DNA of 63,670 bases, the filler included, from Globobulimina sp. (lineage: Eukaryota), in the NCBI GenBank assembly GCA_003354225.1. It is 36 parts of 36 records of this genome, joined end to end, with 100 filler letters (N's around TTAATTAATTAA, not from the genome) between each part and the next. Parts side by side here need not be neighbours in the genome. Positions count along the whole stretch, not along the records: positions 1 to 1,672 come from PIVH01013314.1; positions 1,773 to 3,444 come from PIVH01013315.1; positions 3,545 to 5,216 come from PIVH01013316.1; positions 5,317 to 6,988 come from PIVH01013317.1; positions 7,089 to 8,760 come from PIVH01013318.1; positions 8,861 to 10,532 come from PIVH01013319.1; 30 more parts are not named here. The stretch is one strand, 5' to 3'. Positions 1-10,532 of this stretch are shown here, piece after piece (within the stretch, counting starts at the first letter, position 1; every line of letters begins with the position of its first letter). A program made the translations under genes and the position numbers. The notes below the pieces were generated by a model. That model did no database searches. It was not told where the DNA came from and saw nothing but the letters and a program-made list of their open reading frames with translations.

Positions 1-174
1 ATTAGAACCATATTAAAAAAGCAAGTTTAACTGTATCTAAAATACAAAAAGAGTTACAATACAAACATAGTTAAAATCGATCTAAAATACAAAAAGAGAA
101 AAATACAAATAGAGTTAGAATCGATTCACAATGTTATCATATCGTAGCACTCGGAAAACGAATACAAATTTTCT

Positions 175-1116
175 TCATTTATGATACTGTTTAAGTTTTT
201 TATTGTAATATTTCATTTCACGGAGATAATCAATATCAATTTCCGCTGCTTCGGAATGAAACAACACCGCAATTTTATTAATTAAAGAATATTGATGAAT
301 CATTTGAAAAATTGTTGGGTTTTTTAGCAATTTTACACGATGTAATAATATTTTATCAGGCTGCTGGTTTATATTTAGCCGCTGTATCACATTTTTACTG
401 GCAATATATTCCTGATGTGAATCGCCAATGGAAACGACAGTAAATTGCTTCTGTGCCCGCTCCGGATATCGACTGAGCGCATATTTATATTTATGATAAT
501 GTTTTTTCACCAACATTTCAAATGTTAATTGTTTCCATTTCATCGAATCTCTGGGGAACTTTGCACTGAATTGGTTTTTTGCGGATATTATTTGGATATC
601 ATACAGCGATATTAAATGGTAAATATTGACAAAATATCCCCCCGAGAACTGTTTTAAACATTTTTCTATCCATAATTTGTCCGCATTTGATACTATGTAA
701 ATATTTTGTGGACCATATAACCGGATCATAAGTAACAACGATTCATAAACACTTAAACAAAATTTATGAACTGCTTCAATGTCAAGTTTTTGCCCCGATT
801 GACAGGCTGAGGTTGGATGTAAAGTGTCATCCCAATCAAATATTATTAATGTTCTATTATTTGTATTGATCATCGTAAAATGCTCAGATGTACACTCTGA
901 TTGTACATGTTCTATACAACTCCGCATATTATAATTATTATTCGTACGACTACTAGTCTTATTTACTGATTTACTACGATTTAGCGACGTACATTTATTT
1001 AAATTATATTTAGGCAACGTATAATCAGATATATTTATATCTAGATATGCTTTCTCATCAGCCCCCACTTGTGATACATGTACGTTATTTTTGTTATTAT
1101 TATTGTCGTTGTTCAT
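175..1116 (-). CDS. HAD-superfamily hydrolase-like protein (DWDDTL type)
   Basis: Motif I IIFDWDDTL, motif II IVSNA, conserved WK, motif IV SIGDS..E; N-rich N-terminus. Confidence 0.75.
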   Translation of the reverse strand: MNNDNNNNKNNVHVSQVGADEKAYLDINISDYTLPKYNLNKCTSLNRSKSVNKTSSRTNNNYNMRSCIEHVQSECTSEHFTMINTNNRTLIIFDWDDTLHPTSACQSGQKLDIEAVHKFCLSVYESLLLMIRLYGPQNIYIVSNADKLWIEKCLKQFSGGYFVNIYHLISLYDIQIISAKNQFSAKFPRDSMKWKQLTFEMLVKKHYHKYKYALSRYPERAQKQFTVVSIGDSHQEYIASKNVIQRLNINQQPDKILLHRVKLLKNPTIFQMIHQYSLINKIAVLFHSEAAEIDIDYLREMKYYNKKLKQYHK

Positions 1117-1183
1117 GTTTTTAAATAAAAAGTTTGATGAGTGAGTATTTTAAATACAAAGTTTTTTTTTTGGCTCTGGTATA

Positions 1184-1480
1184 ATGGAAGATGCAATTTT
1201 CACGGTTTACGATTTCATTCTTTCCCATGCATTTTTGGTCATTTTGGTTTTATCACTGTTGTTATGTGGGCTCTGTGCATCAGTGATTATAATGTGCCAA
1301 TTAAATCAAATTCATAGGAAAATTGCTGCTCCGCCAGAAAAATGTCAAGATGAAGGCACAGGATTTGATGTTGATGATGATAATATAAGCAGTGATGCTG
1401 ACTATTATAATAATGATCCAGATATTGACAAAGAGACATCAATGGATGAGGATGGGGATTCAATTATTTATAATGTATAG
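1184..1480 (+). CDS. Small single-pass membrane protein with acidic tail
   Basis: Hydrophobic segment FLVILVLSLLLCGLCASVIIM followed by a D-rich tail. Confidence 0.5.
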   Translation: MEDAIFTVYDFILSHAFLVILVLSLLLCGLCASVIIMCQLNQIHRKIAAPPEKCQDEGTGFDVDDDNISSDADYYNNDPDIDKETSMDEDGDSIIYNV

Positions 1481-1672
1481 ATCTAGACTATAATATTACG
1501 ATAATGTTATATTTATTTGGTATATTTTTCAATATATTTTGGTTTGTTAGTTGGTTTCTTGTCGTTGTTGTTTGTGTGGACATTCTTATTTATTTTTCTT
1601 TTTGCTATATGTAACACTATTTTTTAAGGTTTATATTTATGGGTTCTAACTTCTAAGGATTATAAGGTTTAT

Positions 1673-1772
1673 NNNNNNNNNNNNNNNNNNNNNNNNNNNN
1701 NNNNNNNNNNNNNNNNTTAATTAATTAANNNNNNNNNNNNNNNNNNNNNNNNNNNNNNNNNNNNNNNNNNNN
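1673..1772. other. Artificial contig linker N44-TTAATTAATTAA-N44 (first of 35; stop codons in all six frames)
   Basis: An identical 100-nt block recurs every 1770-1772 nt, and contig lengths fall monotonically from 1672 to 1670. Confidence 0.99.
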
Positions 1773-2046
1773 ATCAAGAAAATATGTTATTTATTTTATT
1801 GCAATCATTGCCAAATGATATTAAATCAAAATTAAAAGAATATTTCTTAAAATCTTATAAAGAAAAACAAATGAAATGGGAAAATAAAGTAAAGAGAACT
1901 GTTCAATTAAATAAGGTCAGTGTCGACAATACAAATATCATTATTGAGGATAACATTAATGATATTGATGATGACCACTCTTCATTTACTGAAATTGAGT
2001 AATTTAAATTTTTTTATCATTTTTGAGTTGTATTTAATTAAATCCA

Positions 2047-3000
2047 ATGACAATGACACCAACTTGGTTAATACCATCTATTTTGTCAGGCGGTATTGCT
2101 TATATCGTCTACAGCATTATGACCAAAACAGAGCAAATAATTGATCACCAGCATAAGGGAGAAAGTCTGATATTGGAGCATACCGTGGATTTTTACAATG
2201 GTGTTCGAATAAAAGAGTATTTATTACCAACAGATAAACCAAAATTTGAACTCCGATTAAAATATTCGGTACACAAATGGAGAGAGAACGGACATAGAGG
2301 ATGTTGGCTTAAATTGGAGAAACAGTTGTTTGTTCATTTAGAATTTTGTGTATCGTTAGGTTTTAATATTCATCATTCCCAGCCAGAATATATTATGTTG
2401 CAGATATGGTTGCCATTGAATGAAAAATCAATGATACCGCAGTATGCATTCAGTTACATGGGGGCTCATGCGTTCATACTAAATAATAAGAATCAATTAG
2501 TTGTCATGCGGGAACATTATGGTAATAACATATGGAAAATACCAGGCGGTGCTGTTGATTTTGGGGAACAGGCAACAAACGCTGTTATACGCGAAGCAAA
2601 GGAAGAGACTGGATTAGATTGTGAATTTTTAGGTGTTTTATGTGTGAGACATATATTAAATTTTCGATTTGGTAATACCAGCGATTTGTCATTTCTTTGT
2701 TTATTGAAAGCAAAAAATATAAATCAAAAACTGGATCCAATTCATTTAAATGAGGTTTTGGATGTCAAATGGATGGATATCGACCAATTTATTAAGTTTG
2801 AAAAACACGTGTTTTTAGGCGATGAAAAGGAAAATTTAGATTTACTGAAAAATGCAGCAAATTGGATTGCCAAATATTGGAATGATACTAATTGTGAGGA
2901 AGCCAAATTAAATAGTCCATGCATACATAAATTTAAACAGACTCATCCATTTGATGCAGAAAAGAAATTTGAAATTGCATTGTATCATCGTTACAGTTAG
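2047..3000 (+). CDS. NUDT6: Nudix hydrolase, NUDT6/plant NUDT2-7-8-like
   Basis: Nudix box GGAVDFGEQATNAVIREAKEETGL; pre-Nudix RGCWLKL, GFNIHHS and WLP..IPQYA motifs. Confidence 0.85.
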   Translation: MTMTPTWLIPSILSGGIAYIVYSIMTKTEQIIDHQHKGESLILEHTVDFYNGVRIKEYLLPTDKPKFELRLKYSVHKWRENGHRGCWLKLEKQLFVHLEFCVSLGFNIHHSQPEYIMLQIWLPLNEKSMIPQYAFSYMGAHAFILNNKNQLVVMREHYGNNIWKIPGGAVDFGEQATNAVIREAKEETGLDCEFLGVLCVRHILNFRFGNTSDLSFLCLLKAKNINQKLDPIHLNEVLDVKWMDIDQFIKFEKHVFLGDEKENLDLLKNAANWIAKYWNDTNCEEAKLNSPCIHKFKQTHPFDAEKKFEIALYHRYS

Positions 3001-3546
3001 TTTGCTATTTGGGACTTATCACTATTGAGCCGAGGTTTTTTCTTCAAATCCGCCGTTTTTCAAAGCAAACCGCGAGCGCGTTTCATAGAGAAATATGGAT
3101 CCCCAGACAGCAAAAATAGCACCAAAATGACCGCATCAATCTCTACTTGAGACTACTTCCATCTTATATAATTTTTACATCCATAAATCCAATGTAAATA
3201 TCACCATTCAACTCCACAATATTTACTGTCCAATTTTCACCATAAAAAGTAACGACTACTGTCGCCACACTTGAATTCCATACCAAATAGATGCAATAAT
3301 AAAAATCCGGATATTTATTATTCCACAACTTGTCATCAGTAAGTATACCGGTGAAAACAAAACACAGTGTTTTATTAATTGTTTTATGTTGTTTTACAAT
3401 ATGTTTTGTTATGTTTTATAATATGTTTTATCATGTCTTATCTTNNNNNNNNNNNNNNNNNNNNNNNNNNNNNNNNNNNNNNNNNNNNTTAATTAATTAA
3501 NNNNNNNNNNNNNNNNNNNNNNNNNNNNNNNNNNNNNNNNNNNNCG

Positions 3547-4071
3547 ATGGACGGCGACGTGGAGCTACACGAGGCCATGCACGGAATGGTGAACAACCCA
3601 TCGAGTAATATCTATGAGTACTATGACGAGGACGATGAGGATGAGGAAGATGATGAGTATGAGGAAGAGAGCAGCGATGATGGCGACGACGGCGACGATG
3701 ATGGAGATGATGGAGTGGGTAACAGCGACAGTGACAGTGATGAGGAGCCGCGCGGTTATAATCCGAACCGGCGGTACGATGGGACGGGGCATAGGTACAT
3801 CCAGGAGAGGCATCCGGTGGATCAGGACGAGCAGTATTTGGTGGAGATGATCACCAACGACGAGTTGCGGAAGAAGGTGGCGGTGGATCTGAGGCAGAGA
3901 GAGATGAATGCGCTGAAAGACAGTGACGAGGAATATGCGCATAATATGGTGTATGCGGGACAGCAGAATACCGACATTATGAATGATATTATACAGGAAA
4001 TGAACGATAAGACCAATCCACAGCAGAATCGCAATCAATATGCAAGTAATGCAAATCGATATGCTCAGTAA
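3547..4071 (+). CDS. Acidic low-complexity protein, C-terminal fragment
   Basis: Open frame from the contig edge with a D/E-rich tract; GC-richer than its flanks. Confidence 0.5.
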   Translation: MDGDVELHEAMHGMVNNPSSNIYEYYDEDDEDEEDDEYEEESSDDGDDGDDDGDDGVGNSDSDSDEEPRGYNPNRRYDGTGHRYIQERHPVDQDEQYLVEMITNDELRKKVAVDLRQREMNALKDSDEEYAHNMVYAGQQNTDIMNDIIQEMNDKTNPQQNRNQYASNANRYAQ

Positions 4072-4226
4072 TTTATTATTTTGATAAGTATATAAAATAT
4101 AAAAAAAAAAAAACGAGTTGTTTGCATTGTTTTTTGTGCACCTTTTTGAAATAAAAGAATTATTATAATTTTATATTGTTTATCTCTCACTTTTTTTTTC
4201 TTTTTTGTTGTTGTTTTGCTTTTTTT

Positions 4227-4795
4227 AAAGAACGTGTTGGCTTTTTGCAATTTGTGGGTAGCTCATCTGAGGGTCAATCGTGATTCTCTGGGACTCACCG
4301 GTTCTTTTGAGATCTAGAGGCTTGAACCTATATATATCTCTGGACCAATGTTGGTCGAGCCTCTATGAGACGGTTGCTCCGAGTTAAAAAGTCAACAGGT
4401 TCTTTGCTTATTTTATGAAATTGTTCCGTTTGTTTTTGTGTGCCTTGTGCTTATTATTACTGTGATACTGTAACAAGGGGAGGAACACTGTTTTTTTTCT
4501 CAGCTTCGATTTGCACACAACACAGTTTAGCTCCTTTCCTACACTATTTTTAGATTTCTTTGATCAAAGCGGATTCGAAAAAACGTCAATGTCTCTGGTT
4601 ATACACTGACTGGAAATTAACGAATAGGATACTTTCACCGTACAGGAAGATGGTGATAACGACACATAGGATCTAAAAAGTACGCGGAAAGCAATTATTC
4701 TTTTTTGGTGTTGGTTCTGTTTTTATAAAAATCCGCTACGAATCCGACATAGCGGTGCGTTACTAACTTAATACCAGCATTACCAGGGAATATTA
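4227..4795 (+). ncRNA. Unidentified structured RNA-like element
   Basis: At least eight complementary stems whose imperfections are mostly G-U on the + strand; no credible ORF; see findings. Confidence 0.55.
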
Positions 4796-5399
4796 CTCAA
4801 ATTAAAAACGACGGGAAAAAAAACAGATACAAAATCTGTGAAAAATAAATGAAAAAAGAAGTAAGAAAAACACCTGCTAATAATACAGAATAACAATACA
4901 GAATAATAATAACAAAAATAAAAATAACAAAACAAACATATAATTAATGTATATAAATGCAAAAAATAATATAATAAATTAGCGATTTAGACATTTTTAT
5001 TCTTTTAATTAAGATTGATTTATAAATCAATTGGCGGTGGTGTAGGTGTTACAAATTTTAATTTCTTTGTATCGCGTTTAAAAATACACCAACATCATAC
5101 AATATTAACCACACTAAACACGGCAAATAATCCCCAGAAATGTAACACCGTTTTATCACTGACATCAACAGTAATCAAATCCGACATATTCTCCTCATTC
5201 TCATCCGCATAGCCCANNNNNNNNNNNNNNNNNNNNNNNNNNNNNNNNNNNNNNNNNNNNTTAATTAATTAANNNNNNNNNNNNNNNNNNNNNNNNNNNN
5301 NNNNNNNNNNNNNNNNCCCCCGGAGCCCCCTCGATCAAAAACTGTGTTTTCGGAAACACGTTTCTTGCCTCGAAAAAACAATTCGAATAATATACTAAT

Positions 5400-5543
5400 T
5401 TGATGCAAAAACATACGTTTGATGTTGAAAGCGCATTGCAATATGTTCAAAAATTGAGACCCGTCGCATCACCAAACAAAGGCTTTATGCATCAATTGCA
5501 ACAAATATATCAACAACAACAAAAAAAGAAATCCGCAAAATGA
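5400..5543 (+). CDS. Dual-specificity phosphatase C-terminal fragment
   Basis: Manual translation LMQKHTFDVESALQYVQKLRPVASPNKGFMHQLQQ; the upstream sequence is unrelated. Confidence 0.65.
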   Translation: MMQKHTFDVESALQYVQKLRPVASPNKGFMHQLQQIYQQQQKKKSAK

Positions 5544-5724
5544 CTTTTTCTTCAAAACTTACTTTACTTCACGGCCTTTTTAAGATAAATTAAACATGTT
5601 TCAGTAATCGGCGCGTACACGACACAGTGTTTCTGTATCGCATCGAATGTGTATTAATATATGAATTGAATAATAGTTAAAAAATTAGTTTAAATTATAT
5701 ACGTATATACAAACAAAAAAAAAT

Positions 5725-6578
5725 CTATACATATTTCCAATAAACCTCATACATGGAATTAAAAATATCGTTAAATCCCTGAGGACGCGTTGGATGAATA
5801 CAATTGGCTTGAATTAACTCAGCAGGAGACCACGCATTTAAGTCCGGATGAGACACCGTGACATTTGGATATCTGTTTTTTGGATCGTCCATTTGCAACG
5901 TTCCCAATAAAACAATATTATGATAATTTGCGCCATATCTTTTTTTCATGGCTTCAATGTACGTATACTGAAGTTTAATAAATTGCGGATTGATACACGA
6001 CGGTTTATCATCACAGCCATGAATCAAATCGCGTCCAATCGTCGAACATACACCTTCTTGAAAATTTAATATGTCATATCCGAATTGAATTACTTGCAAC
6101 TTAGGATGTTGCGCGAACACCGGATCTAACATAATTATCGTATTATTAATGCACGTGTTTAATACATTATTAATGCAAGTTAAATCTGGATATGGATGCT
6201 TCTTTGTACAACTTGGTAAATATTGCGCTATTTATTTTATATTTTATATTATATTCTATGTATTATATACGCAAATTCGCACATATTAAAATATGGACAG
6301 TATGAACCTGCATCGTTTCCTCCGAGAGTAAGCCATAAATATTGTGCGTCTGCATTTTTATTGACATCACTAACCAATTTATTTGCTGGCTTGACCCAAT
6401 CGGCAGTTGTGGTGCCTCCAACAGCATAACTTTTTACTTTTAAACTCTTTGTATTTGCATGGGCTGCTAATACTTGCTGTAAATAAGTATGGCCTTCTGA
6501 GCCCCAGCTATCGCCTGCGACTATGACTTGATCACCAAACGAAACCGTCAATAATGCAGATAAAATGACTAACAACAT
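5725..6578 (-). CDS. Secreted SGNH/GDSL hydrolase, two exons (intron 6228-6307)
   Basis: Signal peptide, GDSWG, AVGGTT, LGGND and a C-terminal HP; removing the GT-AG intron joins the two ORFs in frame (GGNDA-AQYLPSC). Confidence 0.8.
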
Positions 6579-6875
6579 CTAGACTGACAAAGAGGCGGAT
6601 TAAGGATTAAAGTTTTAAAAAGATGATGATTATTTAGTAGAAAAGATGATGATTATTTATTGAGTTTAGAACGACAAAATGGCAACGTTAACGGAAATAT
6701 AAACAAGAGATTGTAGTGAATGCGAGATATAAATAATAAATTTGAATCATACATAAATATGAGACTGCCCCAATGGATTTATATGCATCAGTGGCGTGAT
6801 TAAGTCGCATTGGTTATTAAATATTGCCATATCTTTGTTTTATAAGTGATCCATTGAAAGAAATGCATTAAAGTC

Positions 6876-6940
6876 AGAGGTTTGAGAGGTTGCGAGGTTC
6901 GGAAGTTTAGGCGTTGAGAAGTTGCGAGGTTCAGAAGTTG
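6876..6940 (+). repeat. Degenerate 8-mer tandem repeat (GAGGTT-like)
   Basis: agaggtttgagaggttgcgaggttcggaagtt...gagaagttgcgaggttcagaagttg. Confidence 0.6.
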
Positions 6941-7296
6941 AATTATTAATGGAACAAGAATCCAATTGTACGATAAAATTTGGTTAACNNNNNNNNNNNN
7001 NNNNNNNNNNNNNNNNNNNNNNNNNNNNNNNNTTAATTAATTAANNNNNNNNNNNNNNNNNNNNNNNNNNNNNNNNNNNNNNNNNNNNAAGATCTTGGAC
7101 TGGAATATCATAACTACAAATCAAGAGTGCCATATAGATTGATACCATATTTATATTAAATGTATTGTGATATTTTTGCATGCCAAACACAAGTGTTTTC
7201 CACAATGAGTGTAACAAAAACTCACTGTACAGTGTACACCACTATTTAATTCAAAAACTCATTTTCTTTTTAGTCATTTAGCCTATGTGATATACC

Positions 7297-8307
7297 ATGG
7301 CAGCAAAAGCAAAGCATGCTAAAAAAAAACCAAGACCATTTCAGTATATTGATTGTTACCAATTATTCAACACGCAACAACGTACATTTTGTTCACTCAC
7401 AATTGATATACAACCAGTTGAAAACTACAATAAATCTCATATTAGAAATGCATTAAATGTTCCAATTACAACAGCAAACATTGTTCGAACCATTGTAGAA
7501 CATCAACAAGCATATTCGAAAAATTATATTGTATTTGTTCATATTTATTCAAATGATATTGAAAAAAAAGAAAATTTAAAGCACATTTCATCCATCATCC
7601 GCGCCGTAACTAAAACGAAAATATGTAAAAAAGATCAGGTGTTTATTTTAAAAGAGAATTATAGTGTATTTTTCGGCAAATTTCCGTTTTTATGCGAAGT
7701 GGGAGAAACTGCAGAATCGGCAGCAGAGAATAAGGAAGATTGGAAAGAGAAACCCAAGAAAAAGAGTTCCGATGGAAGGAAAACGTGCCGATTTAAGCAA
7801 GAAAATACAATGGTTTATCCCAGTCAAATCTTGCCAGATCGATTATTTTTAGGTGGTAAAACCGGTGCAATTTCGGAAAAAGTGATTTCTGATTTTAAAA
7901 TAACGCATATTATCAATTGTACGCAAGCGCCACCGGAGTATATTGATACATTTACGCCAACGGGATATATTAAAAATGTATTTGAAAACAGTAAGCAAAT
8001 GAATGTTAAATATATGAGAGTGGCGATTGACGACCGTCGCTCACAAAATATAAAAACACATTTTTCGAAAGCCATTGCATTTATTAATGAAGCATTTGAA
8101 GATGAGAATAATCGAGTGTTAGTTCATTGTTTTTCCGGTATTTCAAGGTCTGCGACCATTGTAATTGCATATTTGATGAAGACACATGCGATGAGTTATT
8201 TTGATGCGTATTTATTTGTAAAAGAAAGGAGAGAAACCATTAAGCCAAATAAGGGATTTGTGAAACAGTTGAAGAGATTTGAAACCAATATACAAAGTAC
8301 AAACTGA
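7297..8307 (+). CDS. MAP-kinase-phosphatase-like DUSP (rhodanese + DSPc)
   Basis: HIRNALNV rhodanese motif; catalytic VHCFSGISRSAT; IKPNKGF. Confidence 0.9.
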   Translation: MAAKAKHAKKKPRPFQYIDCYQLFNTQQRTFCSLTIDIQPVENYNKSHIRNALNVPITTANIVRTIVEHQQAYSKNYIVFVHIYSNDIEKKENLKHISSIIRAVTKTKICKKDQVFILKENYSVFFGKFPFLCEVGETAESAAENKEDWKEKPKKKSSDGRKTCRFKQENTMVYPSQILPDRLFLGGKTGAISEKVISDFKITHIINCTQAPPEYIDTFTPTGYIKNVFENSKQMNVKYMRVAIDDRRSQNIKTHFSKAIAFINEAFEDENNRVLVHCFSGISRSATIVIAYLMKTHAMSYFDAYLFVKERRETIKPNKGFVKQLKRFETNIQSTN

Positions 8308-8860
8308 AGAATAATTAAAGCATGCTTTGTTTTTTTTTTGTTTTTTTTACAAACTTGACTAAATTGATGCTATCGGTGACATGTCACCATCTATGGTTTG
8401 AGTTACTATGGACAAATTGATGTTTTTATACACAAAAACATTTGACTTCAAATCACAGCATGGCAGTGTCAGTTGCCGATATTGACTTAGACGGGGTGAC
8501 ATTGCCAAAACCCTATCAAACAGATCTCAATGAAGAGCCGGATGATAATTACATAGAGATTGAAGAATCTCAACCACACAAAATATCAGAAAAATGGGAT
8601 TGGAATGCTGATTTTATTCCATTGCGATGGGATATGGTGCGACTGCATCGGGTTCTAGATCCATGGCGATCGGGGATGCCGCGAGGGCCGTGTCGAATAA
8701 TTCGACAGCGATTGGTTGGAGAATCAATGTGGGCTCGACCGCGACGGACGCTGCGCACTCNNNNNNNNNNNNNNNNNNNNNNNNNNNNNNNNNNNNNNNN
8801 NNNNTTAATTAATTAANNNNNNNNNNNNNNNNNNNNNNNNNNNNNNNNNNNNNNNNNNNN

Positions 8861-9719
8861 ACAAATCATTCATAAATATAATGTGCAATGTATTGTCAGT
8901 CTCATTTTTATATTTCTCCACATTGTGATATTTTATAACCAAACCATGCAACCGCAAAAATTTAAATATTAAATGTGTATGTTTATCATCATAATATTTA
9001 ATAATTATATGATTTACAAACGTTGGTATTAATTCTTCATCAATTTTAAGGATAAAAGACAGTGTGGCCGTGGCCGTGGCGCCCCATTTATTTGTCAACA
9101 TTATGTCTTTGGCAATCAAATATTTGTTTTTTCGCATTATAAAATTTATTGCTTCTCCGAAAGAATGCTTTGTATCATTCGCTTTGTTTGAAACCAAATT
9201 ATTGACCATTTCTTCCGCATCTTTTTGACTAAAAATCAGATTTTTGCCTTGTGATTTTCCATTATGTCGCTTATTACTTATAATATCATTCATTTTAGTC
9301 AATTTTTCAAACTTTTTCCAGATTTCAAAATAATGTGGATTTATAAGATATAATTTGCATTGTTTATGATTTAATAATAATCCGTAATGTTGATATTGCT
9401 CTTTTTTATGATCATATATTTTAATAAAATCTTCAATGATTATATTTTCATCAATTTCTACTGTTTGATCAGAACTTAAATTGGGTGCATTATATTTATA
9501 TTCGGTATCAATTTGATGCGATTGACTGTGCGTATCAGAAAATTTATGATATTTTCCAATTGTTGATGAACTACAATTTGGTTCTTCAACCTCCGGTTCT
9601 GATGCAGTTTTGTTACATGATACACCATTCTTAATTTCTGGTGTTGGTGTATGCTTTGTTGTATTTCCAGGTGTTAACTCACCATAATCTATTGGTGCGG
9701 TTGACACACACGTCCCCAT
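8861..9719 (-). CDS. Hypothetical protein with probable N-myristoylation start (MGTCVS), 3' truncated
   Basis: Long ORF; MGxCxS start at 9719. The upstream extension in the ORF track overlaps the + strand gene. Confidence 0.55.
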
Positions 9720-9753
9720 AATGTAAATTAAAGCTATAAAGTTTTGTCTAAAT

Positions 9754-10532
9754 ATGCGAATTAACTCTTTACTTGTTTTAATTGTTTTATTCAACGTTTG
9801 CATTTTATTTGAATCAAAATATGTTGATGGGAGCACCAAATTGACCAAAACTAAAACAAATATAAAACCGTATAGAAAATGGCGTAAATCCATTGATTGC
9901 GAAGTTTGTAGGATTGGAATTGCCTGGTTATATAAATTAAACCAAGAATTAAAGTTAACCAAAAATTTAGATTATGGTGAGTATGAGCTACAAAATCTAA
10001 TGCAAAAAATGTGCGATTCTGAGTCGGTCACTGGAGGTTGGATACGGACCTTCGATATAGTTCATAATAAAACATCAAATGAAATTGAATTATTATTTAT
10101 GAATACCACCTCTTTATGCAATCGAATGCATAAAACCATTGAGTTTTCGTGTCAATTTATTATTGATATAAAAACTGACGATATCATACGTTTTATTTGG
10201 AGCAAGTATAATGAACACATTTATGATGGATTTGGTGATGAGTTTATTCAGCATATATGTCAAGACATATGTGATAAGTTTGTGAAATGGAAAAATTTAG
10301 GCAAACTTGATAAAGCAATCAAGATGTTTGTGGTTGATGTTGCGAATGAAAAGTTTGTGGTTGATGGGAATGCGTTGCTCAATAATAAGTACTTAGACTC
10401 ACAAAAAGCAAAAGGAAATGTGAAAGAGGTCGAGCTGAATCAAGTTAAAGATAATATTAAAAATATTGCAAAACAATTTGGATATAAATATGGTTCTAAC
10501 AAAGACAAAACAATTCATAATTTCCATAAACA
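9754..10532 (+). CDS. Secreted saposin-like/Canopy-type protein, 3' truncated
   Basis: Signal peptide, CEVC, and a spaced Cys pattern (MC, LC, SC, ICQDIC). Confidence 0.6.

Noticed and set aside
4227-4795. Assignment as hammerhead, SRP, RNase P/MRP, snRNA or group II intron
   Set aside because: The diagnostic motifs (CUGAnGA/GAAA core, SRP helix 8, CR-I/CR-V, U1/U2/U5/U6 signatures, domain V) were not found by eye
9720-9962. Real antisense overlap between ORFs 8805-9962(-) and 9754(+)
   Set aside because: The extension depends on a non-ATG start; MGTCVS at 9719 is the more plausible start
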